DNA of 57,251 nucleotides from an uncultured Bacilli bacterium (GCA_944350415.1 CALVOY010000044.1:1-57251); one strand, 5' to 3'; counted from the stretch's first letter, positions 31,586 to 42,914 are shown. Notes: generated by a model not told the origin, from the sequence alone. Made by a program: numbers and translations.

Positions 31586-32980
31586 CTATAATCTTTCATA
31601 AGTAGTCCCTTCTCTAGAGTCTACCAAACGAATTCCTTTTTCTAATAATTCTTCACGAATGGCATCAGCTAAATCAAAATTTTTCTCTTTTTTAGCCAAA
31701 TTTCTTTCTTCAATCTTAGCAAGAACATAAGAATCCATCTCTTCATCCATTTCGTTCTCTTCTTCAATTAAATCCAAGGATAACACTTTATCAAAATCTT
31801 CTATCAAATAAAGCTTCGTAAAATCCGTTAACTCTTTATCTTTTAAAACATCATAAACAAGAGTCAGCATATTAGAAGTATTTAAATCATCTGCTATGGC
31901 ATCTTGAAATTGTTTCTGATAATAGTCGATCTTATTTTCATGCAAATCTGGTGTTCTATTTAGTTTACGAATACGATTTTTTAATTTCTTATAAGCAGCT
32001 TCTGCTTGAGATAATGCCTCATAAGAAAAAACCAACACTTTACGATAATGACTTCCCAAACAAAAATAACGATAACTTAACGGATCATAACCTTTTTCTT
32101 CTAATAAGGAAACCGTTAAAAATTCTCCCTTCGATTTACTCATCTTTCCAGTTTGATCATTTAAATGTTCTCCATGAACCCAATAATTACACCATTTATG
32201 ACCAAAGTAAGCTTCACTTTGAGCAATCTCATTCGTATGATGTGGAAAAATATTATCCACCCCTCCGCAATGAATATCCAAATATTCTCCTAAATATTTT
32301 CCACTAATACCACTACATTCAATATGCCAACCAGGATAACCAAGTCCCCAAGGGGAATCCCATCTCATATCTTGATTTTTAAACTTACTATCTGTAAACC
32401 ATAATACAAAATCAGCAGGATTTCTCTTAGCTTTATCCTCTTCTACTGTATCCCGAACTCCAATCATCAAATCTTCAGAATTTTTACCAGATAATTGATA
32501 ATAATCATTAGCTTTACTAATATCAAAATAAACATTACCACTAGAAATATAAGCATAACCATCATCTAGCATCTTAGAAATCATTTTTATATAAGTATTA
32601 ATATGGTGACTAGCTGGCTCTACAACACTAGGCTTCTTAATCTTTAACTTATCACAATCATCAAAAAAAGCATCCGTATAAAATTTAGCGATTTCATAAA
32701 CCGTTTTCCCTTCCCGTTCAGCTCCCTTAGCCATCTTATCTTCTCCGGTATCTCCATCACTAGTCAAATGACCTACATCCGTAATATTCATAACACGTTT
32801 TACTTCATAGCCTAAATACTTTAACCCTTTTTCTAAAATATCTTCAAAAATATAGGTTCGCAGATTTCCAATATGGGCAAAATGATAAACAGTGGGACCA
32901 CAAGTATACATACGAACAACTCTCTCTTCATGAGGAATAAAGTCTTCCACTTGCCTAGTTAATGTATTATATAATTTCAT
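31586..32980 (-). CDS. cysS: Cysteine--tRNA ligase
   Basis: Class I HIGN (FAHIGNLRT) and KMSKS motifs. 464 aa. Confidence 0.95.
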   Translation of the reverse strand: MKLYNTLTRQVEDFIPHEERVVRMYTCGPTVYHFAHIGNLRTYIFEDILEKGLKYLGYEVKRVMNITDVGHLTSDGDTGEDKMAKGAEREGKTVYEIAKFYTDAFFDDCDKLKIKKPSVVEPASHHINTYIKMISKMLDDGYAYISSGNVYFDISKANDYYQLSGKNSEDLMIGVRDTVEEDKAKRNPADFVLWFTDSKFKNQDMRWDSPWGLGYPGWHIECSGISGKYLGEYLDIHCGGVDNIFPHHTNEIAQSEAYFGHKWCNYWVHGEHLNDQTGKMSKSKGEFLTVSLLEEKGYDPLSYRYFCLGSHYRKVLVFSYEALSQAEAAYKKLKNRIRKLNRTPDLHENKIDYYQKQFQDAIADDLNTSNMLTLVYDVLKDKELTDFTKLYLIEDFDKVLSLDLIEEENEMDEEMDSYVLAKIEERNLAKKEKNFDLADAIREELLEKGIRLVDSREGTTYERL

Positions 32981-33173
32981 AACATCACCTTCTTCATTAT
33001 ATTATAAAACTATGGGATAATTGTGAAAATATCCCAGAAAGTTACACTTATTATACCATAAAAGAAAAGATAGTAACTAGATTAGTTTATTGAAATCATA
33101 AATCGATAGTATTAAATTACCTATAATAATTTACATCTTTCCCATACTCAACTCTACAATCCAATCATAACAC

Positions 33174-33196
33174 ATAAAAAGAGGAGTATCTCCTCT
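33174..33196 (-). terminator. Intrinsic terminator after clpC
   Basis: AGAGGAG-TAT-CTCCTCT hairpin starting 2 nt after the stop, followed by TTTTTAT on the minus strand. Confidence 0.65.
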
Positions 33197-33198
33197 AA

Positions 33199-35499
33199 TT
33201 AACTATTATTTACATAAATATTGGTTTTTCCATCTAAAATACTATCTATCACATAATCATCTATCTTATCTTCAATTACTTGATCAATCTTACGTGCTCC
33301 AAATTCTGAGTATCTAGCCAGTTCTACCATTTCTTGAATTACACTTTCTCCTATATGAACCTGAATATTTCTTTCCTTAAACTTTTTCTTAACATCATCT
33401 AATTTATTTTTAATAATAATACGAATATCATTAGCATCTAATTTTCTAAAATAAATCACCTTTTGAATGCGATTTAATAATTCTAAAGATAGTACTTCTT
33501 TTAGTTTACTATCATTTATACTAGTCTCTTCTACAAAACCAACACTATCTTTATGAAACCCAACATTAGAAGTCATAATAATAATATGATGATGAAAATA
33601 AATAGTATTCCCTTTACTATCTGCAATCTTTCCTTCATCTAAGATCTGTAAAAATAAATTTAAAACAGAAGGATGAGCTTTTTCAATTTCATCTAGTAGA
33701 ATAACAGCATGTGGATTTTTACGAATTTCTTCTAATTTGTTTTTTCCATCATCATAACCAACATAACCAGGAGCAGAGCCAATGATTTTAGAAATAGAAC
33801 TACTATCACGATATTCACTCATATCAAAACGAATCAGTTTTCCTTTACCAAACAAATAATTAGCATATTCTAAAGCCAGTTTTGTCTTTCCTACTCCCGT
33901 GGACCCTACAAACAAATAAGAATATGGCTTACTGTGATCTTTATATCCCAATTTAATTCTTTTGGTAACTTTCACAAGTTCCGTAATAGCCTCATCCTGA
34001 CCAACGATTTTCTTATGTAATTCTTTTTCTAATTGTTTCATGTATCTACCACTACTACTATGAATTTCATAAACAGGAATCTTCGTTTTTTCTGAGATTA
34101 CAGAAGCAATATCATTTTCATGAATAAACTGAACATTTTTCTTTTTTTGACTTTGAAGTTCTAATTGATTAATCTTAGTAAGCAGTTCTTTTTCTTTTTG
34201 TTTAATCATAGTAGCCTTTTCAAAATTTTGTTTCATAATATATTGATTTTTTTCTTCTAACAAATCTCTCAATTCTTCTTTATAAGAACTAATTTTATCA
34301 GAACTTTTATGATGAATTAATGATACCTTAGAACATACTTCATCCAAAACATCAATCGCCTTATCTGGTTGTTTACGATCATAAATATATTTATCAGATA
34401 ATTTAATAATTAATTTTAGTTCAGAATCTTTTATTTTAACATGATGGTAAGACTCATAAATTGGGCGAAGTTTTTCCAAAATGTGATATACTTCTAATTC
34501 ATTAGGCTCATAGACAAATACTGTCTGAAATCTTCTATCCATAGCACGATCTTTTTCAATTGTCTGTTTATATTCTTCAGTGGTAGTAGCACCAATCAAA
34601 CGGATTTTACCACGAGCAAGCGCTGGTTTAAAAATATTGGCAGCGTCAATAGCACCTTCCGCACCACCTGCACCCATCAAAGTATGAATTTCATCAATAA
34701 AAAGTAAAATATCATCATTAGATTCCAATTCTTTTAACATTTTCGTAACACGTTCTTCAAATTCCCCACGATATTTCGTTCCAGAAACCAAAGTAGCAAT
34801 AGATACGGAAATAATTCTCTTATTCTTCAATTTATCCGGAACCTTATCTTGTACAATTAATCTAGCTAACTCCTCTACCAAAGCAGTCTTTCCTACTCCA
34901 GCATCCCCGATGAGCAAGGGATTGTTTTTCCCTCTACGACATAGTATCTCCATAATTCGTTTTAATTCTTCTCCTCTACCTACAACAGGATCTAATTGAT
35001 TTTCAAAAGCTCTTTTGGTTAAATCAACGCCGAATTCTTCTATTAACAATTTCTTTTTCCCATTTTTCTTTTTGCTGCTTAATTTAGTAGAAAAATAGTC
35101 CTGCAAATCTGAAATATCAACTGACAATTTACTAAGCACACGAACTGCTACTCCTTCCCCTTCTTCTAAAATCGCAAACAGAAGATGCTCCGGAGTCACT
35201 TCGCTTTTAGCAGATTCTTTACTAATCAGAAGGGCTGTTTCCATAACTCTTTTTAAAAGAGGTGTATATAAAAACCAAGAATTCTCTTCATTTCCAATTC
35301 CAACCAGTTCGATTAATTTATCTTTAAATTTAGGATAAGTAACCCCAAATTCATTCAATTTTTTACTAGAATCACTTTTTAATTTTAAAAGTGCAAGGAA
35401 CAAATGTTCACTTCCAACATATGGATGTCTTAATTCTTGCATCTCTTTTTTTGCATTAATTAATATTTTCTGTGCTTCTTCACTAAAATTAGAAAACAT
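33199..35499 (-). CDS. clpC: ATP-dependent Clp protease ATP-binding subunit ClpC
   Basis: Clp N-domain repeats and two AAA+ modules (GDAGVGKT/LFIDEIH and GSTGVGKT/VILLDEIEKAH). Start set at ATG 35499 (MFSNFSEEAQ), 7 nt after GGGAGG. Confidence 0.92.
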   Translation of the reverse strand: MFSNFSEEAQKILINAKKEMQELRHPYVGSEHLFLALLKLKSDSSKKLNEFGVTYPKFKDKLIELVGIGNEENSWFLYTPLLKRVMETALLISKESAKSEVTPEHLLFAILEEGEGVAVRVLSKLSVDISDLQDYFSTKLSSKKKNGKKKLLIEEFGVDLTKRAFENQLDPVVGRGEELKRIMEILCRRGKNNPLLIGDAGVGKTALVEELARLIVQDKVPDKLKNKRIISVSIATLVSGTKYRGEFEERVTKMLKELESNDDILLFIDEIHTLMGAGGAEGAIDAANIFKPALARGKIRLIGATTTEEYKQTIEKDRAMDRRFQTVFVYEPNELEVYHILEKLRPIYESYHHVKIKDSELKLIIKLSDKYIYDRKQPDKAIDVLDEVCSKVSLIHHKSSDKISSYKEELRDLLEEKNQYIMKQNFEKATMIKQKEKELLTKINQLELQSQKKKNVQFIHENDIASVISEKTKIPVYEIHSSSGRYMKQLEKELHKKIVGQDEAITELVKVTKRIKLGYKDHSKPYSYLFVGSTGVGKTKLALEYANYLFGKGKLIRFDMSEYRDSSSISKIIGSAPGYVGYDDGKNKLEEIRKNPHAVILLDEIEKAHPSVLNLFLQILDEGKIADSKGNTIYFHHHIIIMTSNVGFHKDSVGFVEETSINDSKLKEVLSLELLNRIQKVIYFRKLDANDIRIIIKNKLDDVKKKFKERNIQVHIGESVIQEMVELARYSEFGARKIDQVIEDKIDDYVIDSILDGKTNIYVNNS

Positions 35500-35611
35500 A
35501 ATCATTCCTCCCTTATACTCTATGAACATTATGAGAAAATTATCATTTATTTATGCATTTTCCTACTATTTTTCGGTTCGTAAGACATATAATAAATCAA
35601 GGAGGAACAAA

Positions 35612-35863
35612 ATGTATAAATCACTATTAAAAGGATATATTGAAAATCTAAAGAAAGAAGATATTATTAAATATATAGGAAAAAATAATTATCAAGTAAG
35701 TGATAAAGAAATCGATACTATTTATTTTTATATAAAAAATTATTGGGAAGATATCTTAGATAATAAAAAAGAGATTTGGGAAAAAATCAGTCAAGATGTT
35801 AGTCCAAACACCTTTCTGCAAATCCAAAATCTATATCAAAAATATAAAAAATATATTAGTTAG
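35612..35863 (+). CDS. Small helical protein, DUF2624-like
   Basis: 83 aa starting at the ATG behind AAGGAGG. The track ORF extends upstream without an RBS. The family call is from memory of similar roughly 85-aa Firmicutes proteins. Confidence 0.5.
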   Translation: MYKSLLKGYIENLKKEDIIKYIGKNNYQVSDKEIDTIYFYIKNYWEDILDNKKEIWEKISQDVSPNTFLQIQNLYQKYKKYIS

Positions 35864-35897
35864 AAAAAGAGTAGATCTATACAATCTACTCTTTTAT
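35863..35897. terminator. Bidirectional terminator between convergent genes
   Basis: AGAGTAGAT-CTATACA-ATCTACTCT hairpin flanked by an A-run and a T-run. Confidence 0.7.
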
Positions 35898-35900
35898 CGT

Positions 35901-37559
35901 TTAAATCAAAAATATAATGAAGAATATAACAACAAGTACTATTAATAATTGTAAGAACAATTTCCAAATATGTTTTAGCCATTGTCCATAAGAAACATCT
36001 AAATAAGATAATACTCCAATTAGAATAACACTTGTAGGTGCTACCAACATCATTAATCCATAAATAGATTGGAAAATTACTCCAAGTAATGGATACAATG
36101 TAGAATCGGTAATTACAGATGCAACATAAGGTAAAGTACTTTGTGCAACATAAATACTTTCAACATTGAAGATACTAGATATCATAGCAACAATAGTCAT
36201 TGTAATAACATTGAAACCACTTGTAATATCTAGGAAAAATTTAGTTATGTTCAATTGGAATGGATTATAAGTAACAATCACCAATACCAAATAAACTAAA
36301 AACATAAATATTGCTGGACGAATTGCTTTCTTAACACCAGCCACTACTCCATCCAAGAATTCATCAAATTTTAATCCGTAAATGAACCCTAAGAAGCAAG
36401 TAGCTAAGATAATAAGTGTAGGTATCTCGTAATTTAATGACCATTCACCAAACACATTTACATTACCAAGTATTTTAGCAAAAATTGGGAATCCTCCAAT
36501 TTCAAATTCTCGAACAGCTTCTAATGCTTGTTCAAAAATATCAATATTGAAAACACCAACCCAGTCAAAAGAAGCAATTGCTAAAATGATAATTACCAAA
36601 TCAAAAACTAAAACAAATGGCCAAGTATGTACTTTTTTCTTTGGTTTAACAGTAACCTTAGTTTCTACTTTAGATTTTAAATCATAAGCTCTTGTCTTAG
36701 TAGAAGACTTTTTGGTAGTGCTCTTTGAAGAAGTTTTACTTCCAGTCTTAGTAGCACTTTTAGTAGTAGCTTTCTTTTCTTCTGTATTATTCTTTTTAGA
36801 TGTTGTTTTCTTAGAACTTGTCGTTTTAACATCCTTCTTTTCTTTAACAGGAGAATCTACTTTCTTTTCTTCTACAACTGTAACTTTAGCATCTTTTCGC
36901 TCTGCACTAGCACTTGCTGGTACAAATTCTAAAACCTTATCCGTATTATTTTTAATCTTCTTTGCATATGATAGTACATTATATATAAGTAAGACTAAGG
37001 CAATTACCAACAAAATAACTTTTGTAATCATCTCACTTTGTACTTCAATACCTAATATTGCATTGATGTAATAAGTAGTACTAGAACCAAGAGTTGTACC
37101 TAAGATACCTACAATAGTAGATCCAACAGTAACGCTTGCAGCCACTAATTTATTATATCCCATCAATAATACGATAGATATAACGAATGGAAAGACGAAT
37201 AAAATAGCAAAAGATAAACCAGAAACAGATACAATTGCCGCAATTAAAACCATCATAATAGCTAATAAAACAGACTCTTTTCCGGCAAACTTTTTCACAA
37301 TCTTATCCAACATAACACGATAAGCAGGAATTTTATAAGCCACTCCATAAAATATACCTGTAGCAAGAACCATTAAAATCACATATGGAAAATAACGGAA
37401 TAACTCAACTACATAAGCAAATAAATCGAAAATTCCCAATTGTGCTCTCTCATCTACTATAAACTCATATTGATAAGAAGCGGTTGGAAAAATCCATGTA
37501 CATAGTAATACTACCAAAATAGATAATAAAACTACTTTTAAAATATTATGTTTCTTCAT
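35901..37559 (-). CDS. Polytopic membrane permease (YfcC/anaerobic C4-dicarboxylate carrier-like) with a roughly 110-aa Lys/Thr/Ser-rich loop
   Basis: At least 10 hydrophobic segments. The N-terminus has the style of YfcC-family proteins. Start set at ATG 37559 behind GGGAGGG. The family assignment is tentative. Confidence 0.55.
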   Translation of the reverse strand: MKKHNILKVVLLSILVVLLCTWIFPTASYQYEFIVDERAQLGIFDLFAYVVELFRYFPYVILMVLATGIFYGVAYKIPAYRVMLDKIVKKFAGKESVLLAIMMVLIAAIVSVSGLSFAILFVFPFVISIVLLMGYNKLVAASVTVGSTIVGILGTTLGSSTTYYINAILGIEVQSEMITKVILLVIALVLLIYNVLSYAKKIKNNTDKVLEFVPASASAERKDAKVTVVEEKKVDSPVKEKKDVKTTSSKKTTSKKNNTEEKKATTKSATKTGSKTSSKSTTKKSSTKTRAYDLKSKVETKVTVKPKKKVHTWPFVLVFDLVIIILAIASFDWVGVFNIDIFEQALEAVREFEIGGFPIFAKILGNVNVFGEWSLNYEIPTLIILATCFLGFIYGLKFDEFLDGVVAGVKKAIRPAIFMFLVYLVLVIVTYNPFQLNITKFFLDITSGFNVITMTIVAMISSIFNVESIYVAQSTLPYVASVITDSTLYPLLGVIFQSIYGLMMLVAPTSVILIGVLSYLDVSYGQWLKHIWKLFLQLLIVLVVIFFIIFLI

Positions 37560-37640
37560 ATTAACCCTCCCATAATAATTATACATAATTTATAAGAAAA
37601 AACAAACTTTTTTCAGTGAAACTTTGGTGAAAATTGGAAA

Positions 37641-37678
37641 TTAAAAACTAGGAAATAATAAATTATAAATTCCTAGTT
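37641..37678 (-). terminator. Intrinsic terminator after lysS
   Basis: ACTAGGAA/TTCCTAGT stem with a 15-nt loop, followed by TTTTTAA on the minus strand. Confidence 0.5.
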
Positions 37679-37684
37679 AATTTT

Positions 37685-39169
37685 TTAATCATTTTCTTGG
37701 TTATCAAGAGGTCGCATCAAAGGAAACATAACTACATCACGGATGCTTTCACTTCCTGTCAGTAATTGAACAATTCGATCAATACCCATTCCCCATCCAG
37801 AAATAGGAGGCATACCATATTCCATAGCAGAAATATAGTCATAATCCATTTCCATAGCTTCTTCATCCCCTTGAGCTTTTAAACTAGCTTGCTCGAGCAA
37901 TCTTCTTTCCTGTTCCTGTGGGTCTACAAGCTCTGAATATCCATTGACAATCTCCGCTCCATTAATAACTAGTTGAAAACGATCGCTAATTTCAGGATGA
38001 AGATCGTTACTTCTTGCTAAAGGAGATAAACTAGTTGGATGTTCTGTTAAATAAACTGGACCTACCATATGAGGACGAGCTACTTTCTTATATAACACAT
38101 CCACTAAATTACCGAATCCTAAATTTTCAAGTGGTGTTTCACTCTCTACTTCAATTTTCTTGTCCTGAATAATTTCTAATAATTTTTCTTTCGTATCATA
38201 AATATGAATATCAATATCCGCATATTGAATCAATAAATCCCTAAAAGATACTTTACCCCAGTCTCCACTCATATCAATTTCTTTATCCCCAAATGGAATA
38301 GTCAAGGTACCAAAAATATTCATAATAATAGTTTGAAGCATCTTTTGAATAAATTTCATATTATCTTCATAATTAAAATAGGCTTGATATCCTTCTACCA
38401 TAGTAAAATCCTGTAAATGGGAAGCATCCATTCCCTCATTCCTAAAACATCTTGCTACTTCATAAACTTTAGGAAATCCTCCCACAACAGCTCTTTTTAA
38501 ATAGGTTTCAGGAGCAATACGAAGATAAACATCTAAATCAAGGGCATTATGATGAGCCTTAAAAGGACGCGCTGTAGCACCACTGGCTTTATTATTCAAA
38601 ATAGGCGTTTCAATTTCCATATATCCTAAATTATCTAAATAATTACGAAGTTCACGAATAAATCGAATACGGGTAATAAATCTCTTCCTAGTGTCTTCGT
38701 TCATAATCAAATCTACATATCTTTGACGATAACAAGCTTCTAAATCCGTAAGGCCATGAAACTTTTCTGGAAGTGGTTTTAAGGCTTTTCCTAAAAATTC
38801 AAAATGGTTAGCACGCAATGTTTTTTCACCAGTATGGGTAGTAAAGATTTCCCCTTCTGCACCAATAAAATCACCAATATCGATGTTAGATTTAAAAAAC
38901 TCATATTTTTCTTCTCCAACCAAATCAATCTTAATGGAAACTTGAAGTTCTCCTTCTATATCACGCAATTTTAGAAAGCTCATCTTACCCATTTTACGCA
39001 TAAATACAATTCTTCCTGCAATCTTAACTCCAGTCGTTTCATCTTCTAAAGTACTAGCCTCCTGTAAAGAATGAGTTAATTCATATCTTTCAGGATAAGG
39101 GTTACAAAACTCTTTAATTTTTTCTACTTTCTCTCTTCGAACAAGTTCCTGTTCAGAAAAATTTCTCAT
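37685..39169 (-). CDS. lysS: Lysine--tRNA ligase (class II)
   Basis: 494 aa with an OB anticodon-binding domain and class II motifs (FRNEG, GMGIDRIVQLL). Confidence 0.95.
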   Translation of the reverse strand: MRNFSEQELVRREKVEKIKEFCNPYPERYELTHSLQEASTLEDETTGVKIAGRIVFMRKMGKMSFLKLRDIEGELQVSIKIDLVGEEKYEFFKSNIDIGDFIGAEGEIFTTHTGEKTLRANHFEFLGKALKPLPEKFHGLTDLEACYRQRYVDLIMNEDTRKRFITRIRFIRELRNYLDNLGYMEIETPILNNKASGATARPFKAHHNALDLDVYLRIAPETYLKRAVVGGFPKVYEVARCFRNEGMDASHLQDFTMVEGYQAYFNYEDNMKFIQKMLQTIIMNIFGTLTIPFGDKEIDMSGDWGKVSFRDLLIQYADIDIHIYDTKEKLLEIIQDKKIEVESETPLENLGFGNLVDVLYKKVARPHMVGPVYLTEHPTSLSPLARSNDLHPEISDRFQLVINGAEIVNGYSELVDPQEQERRLLEQASLKAQGDEEAMEMDYDYISAMEYGMPPISGWGMGIDRIVQLLTGSESIRDVVMFPLMRPLDNQEND

Positions 39170-39180
39170 ATAGATACCTC

Positions 39181-39897
39181 CTAATTTTCTTGAATTACCT
39201 TAGTTCCTGCAATAACATCATGAAGTCCACGCCCATCTTTGCGAAATAATACCATAATCAAAGTAGTAAGAATAATCACTCCAGCAAGAAACTGTAATGA
39301 CACACTAGCATAATAATAGTATTCTCTTCCTAAGAAAAGCAAAGAGCCCAAAATCAATAAATTAATAAAAATTGAATTAATGATCAAAGATCGATAAGCC
39401 ATCTGATTTAAAGTCAACTCTTTATCTTTTACACTAACAACTCTCAACTTCATCAATCTTTTTCCAAAAGTCTGCCCTTTATTATAAAACTGAAATACTA
39501 CAAAGTAAAGAATAATCAAACCAATTTCTAGTATCATTGGCAAAACATTACTGTAGTCAATATCATATACAACATCAATAGATTTATTAAAATATTCATC
39601 ATATGTAATCTTTTCTGAAATAAAGTCTGTTTGAATTTGTTCATATTCTTTTACATATTTTTGATAATTCTCATTTCTAGGAACAAAAAATAAAATACCA
39701 GAACAAACCAAACTAATCAAAAAAATATCGATTATATAAGCAATTAAGCGTGGAAAAAAATAAGGTTTTGTTGATGAAGTCTGCTCTATAATTTTGGTAT
39801 CAGAATGATTTTGCTCTTGTTTCGTTTCTTTCTTTTTCTTCTTTGGTTCGTGAATCACGACATCCATTTCACTATTTTTCTTTTTTCCTCTTGGCAT
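39181..39897 (-). CDS. RDD-family membrane protein
   Basis: FGKRLMKLRVV and the C-terminal RGLHDVIAGTKV signature. Three TM segments and a Lys-rich N-terminus. Confidence 0.75.
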   Translation of the reverse strand: MPRGKKKNSEMDVVIHEPKKKKKETKQEQNHSDTKIIEQTSSTKPYFFPRLIAYIIDIFLISLVCSGILFFVPRNENYQKYVKEYEQIQTDFISEKITYDEYFNKSIDVVYDIDYSNVLPMILEIGLIILYFVVFQFYNKGQTFGKRLMKLRVVSVKDKELTLNQMAYRSLIINSIFINLLILGSLLFLGREYYYYASVSLQFLAGVIILTTLIMVLFRKDGRGLHDVIAGTKVIQEN

Positions 39898-39906
39898 AGC
39901 CATCAC

Positions 39907-40893
39907 CTAACTTTCTAAATTTTGAATATACTCTTTATATTCCTTTAATATTTTAATTATAGCAGAAATATTCTTTTGTAGGAATATTTTATTTTTGATT
40001 TCATTAGAACCAGGTATTCCCTTTAAATACCAAGCAATATGATTTCGGATCTCGAGTACTGCTAATTTTTCATTTTTTAACTGATACAAATTATCTAGAT
40101 GTTCTAAACACATATCTATTTTTTCTAAAGAAGTTGGATCTGGTAAAATAATACCTTCTTCTAAATAGGCATTAATCTGTTTTATAAGCCAAGGATTGCC
40201 TAATACTCCTCTACCTATCATAATAAGATCACAACCAGTTTCATCTAGCATTTGTTTAGCAGTATAAATGTCGATAATATCCCCGTTGCCAATAACAGGG
40301 ATAGATACAGCTTCTTTCACTGCTTTAATAATAGACCAATCTGCTTTTCCACTATATCCTTGGCTACGAGTTCTTGGATGAACGCAAATAGCACTAGCTC
40401 CTGCTTCTTCGCATATCTTAGCAACCTCTACTGCATTAATATGGTCACTATCCCAGCCACTTCTAATTTTAACAGTTACTGGAATAGGAACAGCTTCCAC
40501 AACACTAGATACAATATCTCTTATTTTTTCTGGATCTTTAAGAAGAGCACTACCAGCCTGAGCACGAACTGCTACTTTTGGAACTGGACATCCCATATTA
40601 ATATCAATAATATCGGGATGCATATTTTCATAGATAAACTTAGCAGCAACTACAAAAGATTCTTTATCGCTACCAAAAATCTGTTGTGTAATAGGTCTTT
40701 CCATCTCTTCCATATATAGCATATCTACTGTTTTCTTATTTTGATAAAATAAGGCTTTATCACTAACCATTTCCGCATAAATTAAACCTGCACCCATCTT
40801 TTTAATAATCTTACGAAAACTAGAATTTCCAATTCCAGCCATAGGAGCAAGAACCGTTTTATGTTTAATCTCAACATTTCCTATATACACCAT
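39907..40893 (-). CDS. dusB: tRNA-dihydrouridine synthase
   Basis: LAPMAGIGNSSFR, DINMGCP and the TIM-barrel pattern are present. Positioned between ftsH and lysS, as in Bacillus. Confidence 0.9.
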   Translation of the reverse strand: MVYIGNVEIKHKTVLAPMAGIGNSSFRKIIKKMGAGLIYAEMVSDKALFYQNKKTVDMLYMEEMERPITQQIFGSDKESFVVAAKFIYENMHPDIIDINMGCPVPKVAVRAQAGSALLKDPEKIRDIVSSVVEAVPIPVTVKIRSGWDSDHINAVEVAKICEEAGASAICVHPRTRSQGYSGKADWSIIKAVKEAVSIPVIGNGDIIDIYTAKQMLDETGCDLIMIGRGVLGNPWLIKQINAYLEEGIILPDPTSLEKIDMCLEHLDNLYQLKNEKLAVLEIRNHIAWYLKGIPGSNEIKNKIFLQKNISAIIKILKEYKEYIQNLES

Positions 40894-40944
40894 ACTATCC
40901 CTCAAATCACTATAGATAATAACATAAAACTTAAAAAAAAGAAA

Positions 40945-42900
40945 CTATTCATTTTCTTTCATAGCTTCTTCTAATTCTTTCTTAGTCATCTTAGTATAAC
41001 CTTTGATACCTTTTTCCTTCGCTTTTGCTTTTAATTCTGCTAATGTATCTACCTTAGTATCTTCTTCAGGCATATGACCCGTTTCTACTAAAGAATCAAT
41101 TTGTTCTTTGGTAATAGTTTCATATTCTAATAAAGCATCTGCAATCAATTTTACCAAATCTTGATTTTCTTTTAAAATTTTAGTAGCTTGTTGATAACAC
41201 TCATCTATAATCTTACGCACTTCTTTATCGATTTCATGTGCAATCTCATTAGAAAAGTTACGGGTTTTATTATAATCCCTTCCTAAGAAGACACCACCTT
41301 CTTGCTGTTCTAATTGAACAGGACCTAAATCACTCATACCATATTCGGTAACCATAGCTCTAGCAATCTTAGTAGCCTTTTCAAAATCATTGTGAGCACC
41401 TGTTGTTACTTCTTTAAAACGAATTTCTTCAGAAACACGTCCACCAAGCAAACCAGTAATTCTTTCCAATAACTCTGATTTTGTAGCAAGATATGTTTCT
41501 TCTTTTGGCATCATTAAAGTATAACCTCCGGCCTGACCACGAGGAATAATCGTAATTTTTTGCACATCATCTGCATTTGGAAGTTTAATTCCCAAAACAG
41601 CATGCCCTGCTTCATGATAAGCAACCACTTCTTTTTCATGATCCGTATACTTACGAGAAAGTTTAGCAGGACCACCAATCACACGATCGGTTGCTTCATC
41701 AACTTCACTCATAGTGATAGCATCCTTATTTCTTCTAACTGCAAGTAGTGCAGCTTCATTTAATAAGTTCTCTAACGCCGCTCCACTAAATCCTGGAGTA
41801 CGTTTTGCTAAATACTCAAGTTTTACACTTGGAGCTAATACTTTATTTTTAGCATGAACCTTTAAAATTTCTTCTCTTTCTCTAACATCTGGTAAATCTA
41901 CAGTCACTTGTCTATCAAATCTTCCTGGACGAAGAAGAGCTGGATCCAGTACATCTGCTCTATTGGTAGCAGCCATAATAATAATTCCTTCATTAACACC
42001 AAATCCATCCATTTCTGTTAATAATTGATTTAGTGTTTGCTCTCTTTCATCATGTCCACCGCCTAAACCAGTTCCACGCTGTCTTCCAACAGCATCAATC
42101 TCATCAATAAAAATCAAACATGGAGCTGTATGTTTAGCCTGCTTAAACATATCTCTTACACGACTAGCACCTACACCTACAAATAATTCCACAAAATCAG
42201 AACCGCTAATGAAGTAAAAAGGAACATTAGCTTCTCCAGCTACCGCTTTAGCAAGTAAGGTTTTACCCGTTCCTGGAGGACCTACCAATAATACTCCCTT
42301 TGGAATTCTAGCACCTAATTTAGTAAACTTTTTAGGATTTTTTAAGAAATCAATCAATTCACTAACTTCTTCTTTTTCCTCTTTTAAACCAGCTACATCT
42401 TTAAAGGTTACTTTATTCGCATCATTAGAAAGTCTAGCTCTACTCTTTCCAAAATCCATAGATCTATTGGCACCATTCATCTGTCTAGTCAACAAGAAAA
42501 ATCCAACCCCAATAATTAAAATCATTGGAAGTACATTGACAATAATCAACCAAAAAGAACTAGATTCTGGATCTGCATTGGTAGTAAGTTTAAATTCATT
42601 TTCACTACCAGCTTCTAAAATATTACTAATAACAGAATCAGTAAGAGGAACACGAATAAAGAAATGTTCATTCTCCTGATAATCTTTTAACTTACCTGTA
42701 ATCTCATAAACAACAGCTCTTGATTTAGGAGTAACAGCCATTTCCGTTACAGAACCATTATCAAGTGCTTCCATCAATTCATTATAAGTAAATACATTTA
42801 CCTTTTGATTTAATACACTAAATAGGTAATAAACACCAAATATTAAAAGTACTAAAAATAAGTAAGGTAAAACTCCTTTTTTTACTGTATTTTTGTTCAT
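40945..42900 (-). CDS. ftsH: ATP-dependent zinc metalloprotease FtsH
   Basis: GPPGTGKT Walker A, the SRH region, and the HEAGHA zinc motif. Two N-terminal TM segments. Confidence 0.97.
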   Translation of the reverse strand: MNKNTVKKGVLPYLFLVLLIFGVYYLFSVLNQKVNVFTYNELMEALDNGSVTEMAVTPKSRAVVYEITGKLKDYQENEHFFIRVPLTDSVISNILEAGSENEFKLTTNADPESSSFWLIIVNVLPMILIIGVGFFLLTRQMNGANRSMDFGKSRARLSNDANKVTFKDVAGLKEEKEEVSELIDFLKNPKKFTKLGARIPKGVLLVGPPGTGKTLLAKAVAGEANVPFYFISGSDFVELFVGVGASRVRDMFKQAKHTAPCLIFIDEIDAVGRQRGTGLGGGHDEREQTLNQLLTEMDGFGVNEGIIIMAATNRADVLDPALLRPGRFDRQVTVDLPDVREREEILKVHAKNKVLAPSVKLEYLAKRTPGFSGAALENLLNEAALLAVRRNKDAITMSEVDEATDRVIGGPAKLSRKYTDHEKEVVAYHEAGHAVLGIKLPNADDVQKITIIPRGQAGGYTLMMPKEETYLATKSELLERITGLLGGRVSEEIRFKEVTTGAHNDFEKATKIARAMVTEYGMSDLGPVQLEQQEGGVFLGRDYNKTRNFSNEIAHEIDKEVRKIIDECYQQATKILKENQDLVKLIADALLEYETITKEQIDSLVETGHMPEEDTKVDTLAELKAKAKEKGIKGYTKMTKKELEEAMKENE

Positions 42901-42914
42901 TTGTCGCATCTCCT

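Noticed and set aside
32981-33198. Looked for T-box leaders upstream of cysS, and upstream of the operon containing lysS.
   Set aside because: There is no GGTGGTACCGCG-type T-box sequence or antiterminator/terminator pair. Only a plausible extended -10 promoter (TGGTATAAT) and a short hairpin are present upstream of cysS. lysS is packed 11 nt behind the RDD gene.
36712-37071. 119-aa + strand ORF rich in Val, Leu, Phe and Ser.
   Set aside because: It is the antisense reading of the Lys/Thr/Ser-rich loop of the permease gene, so it is a composition artefact.
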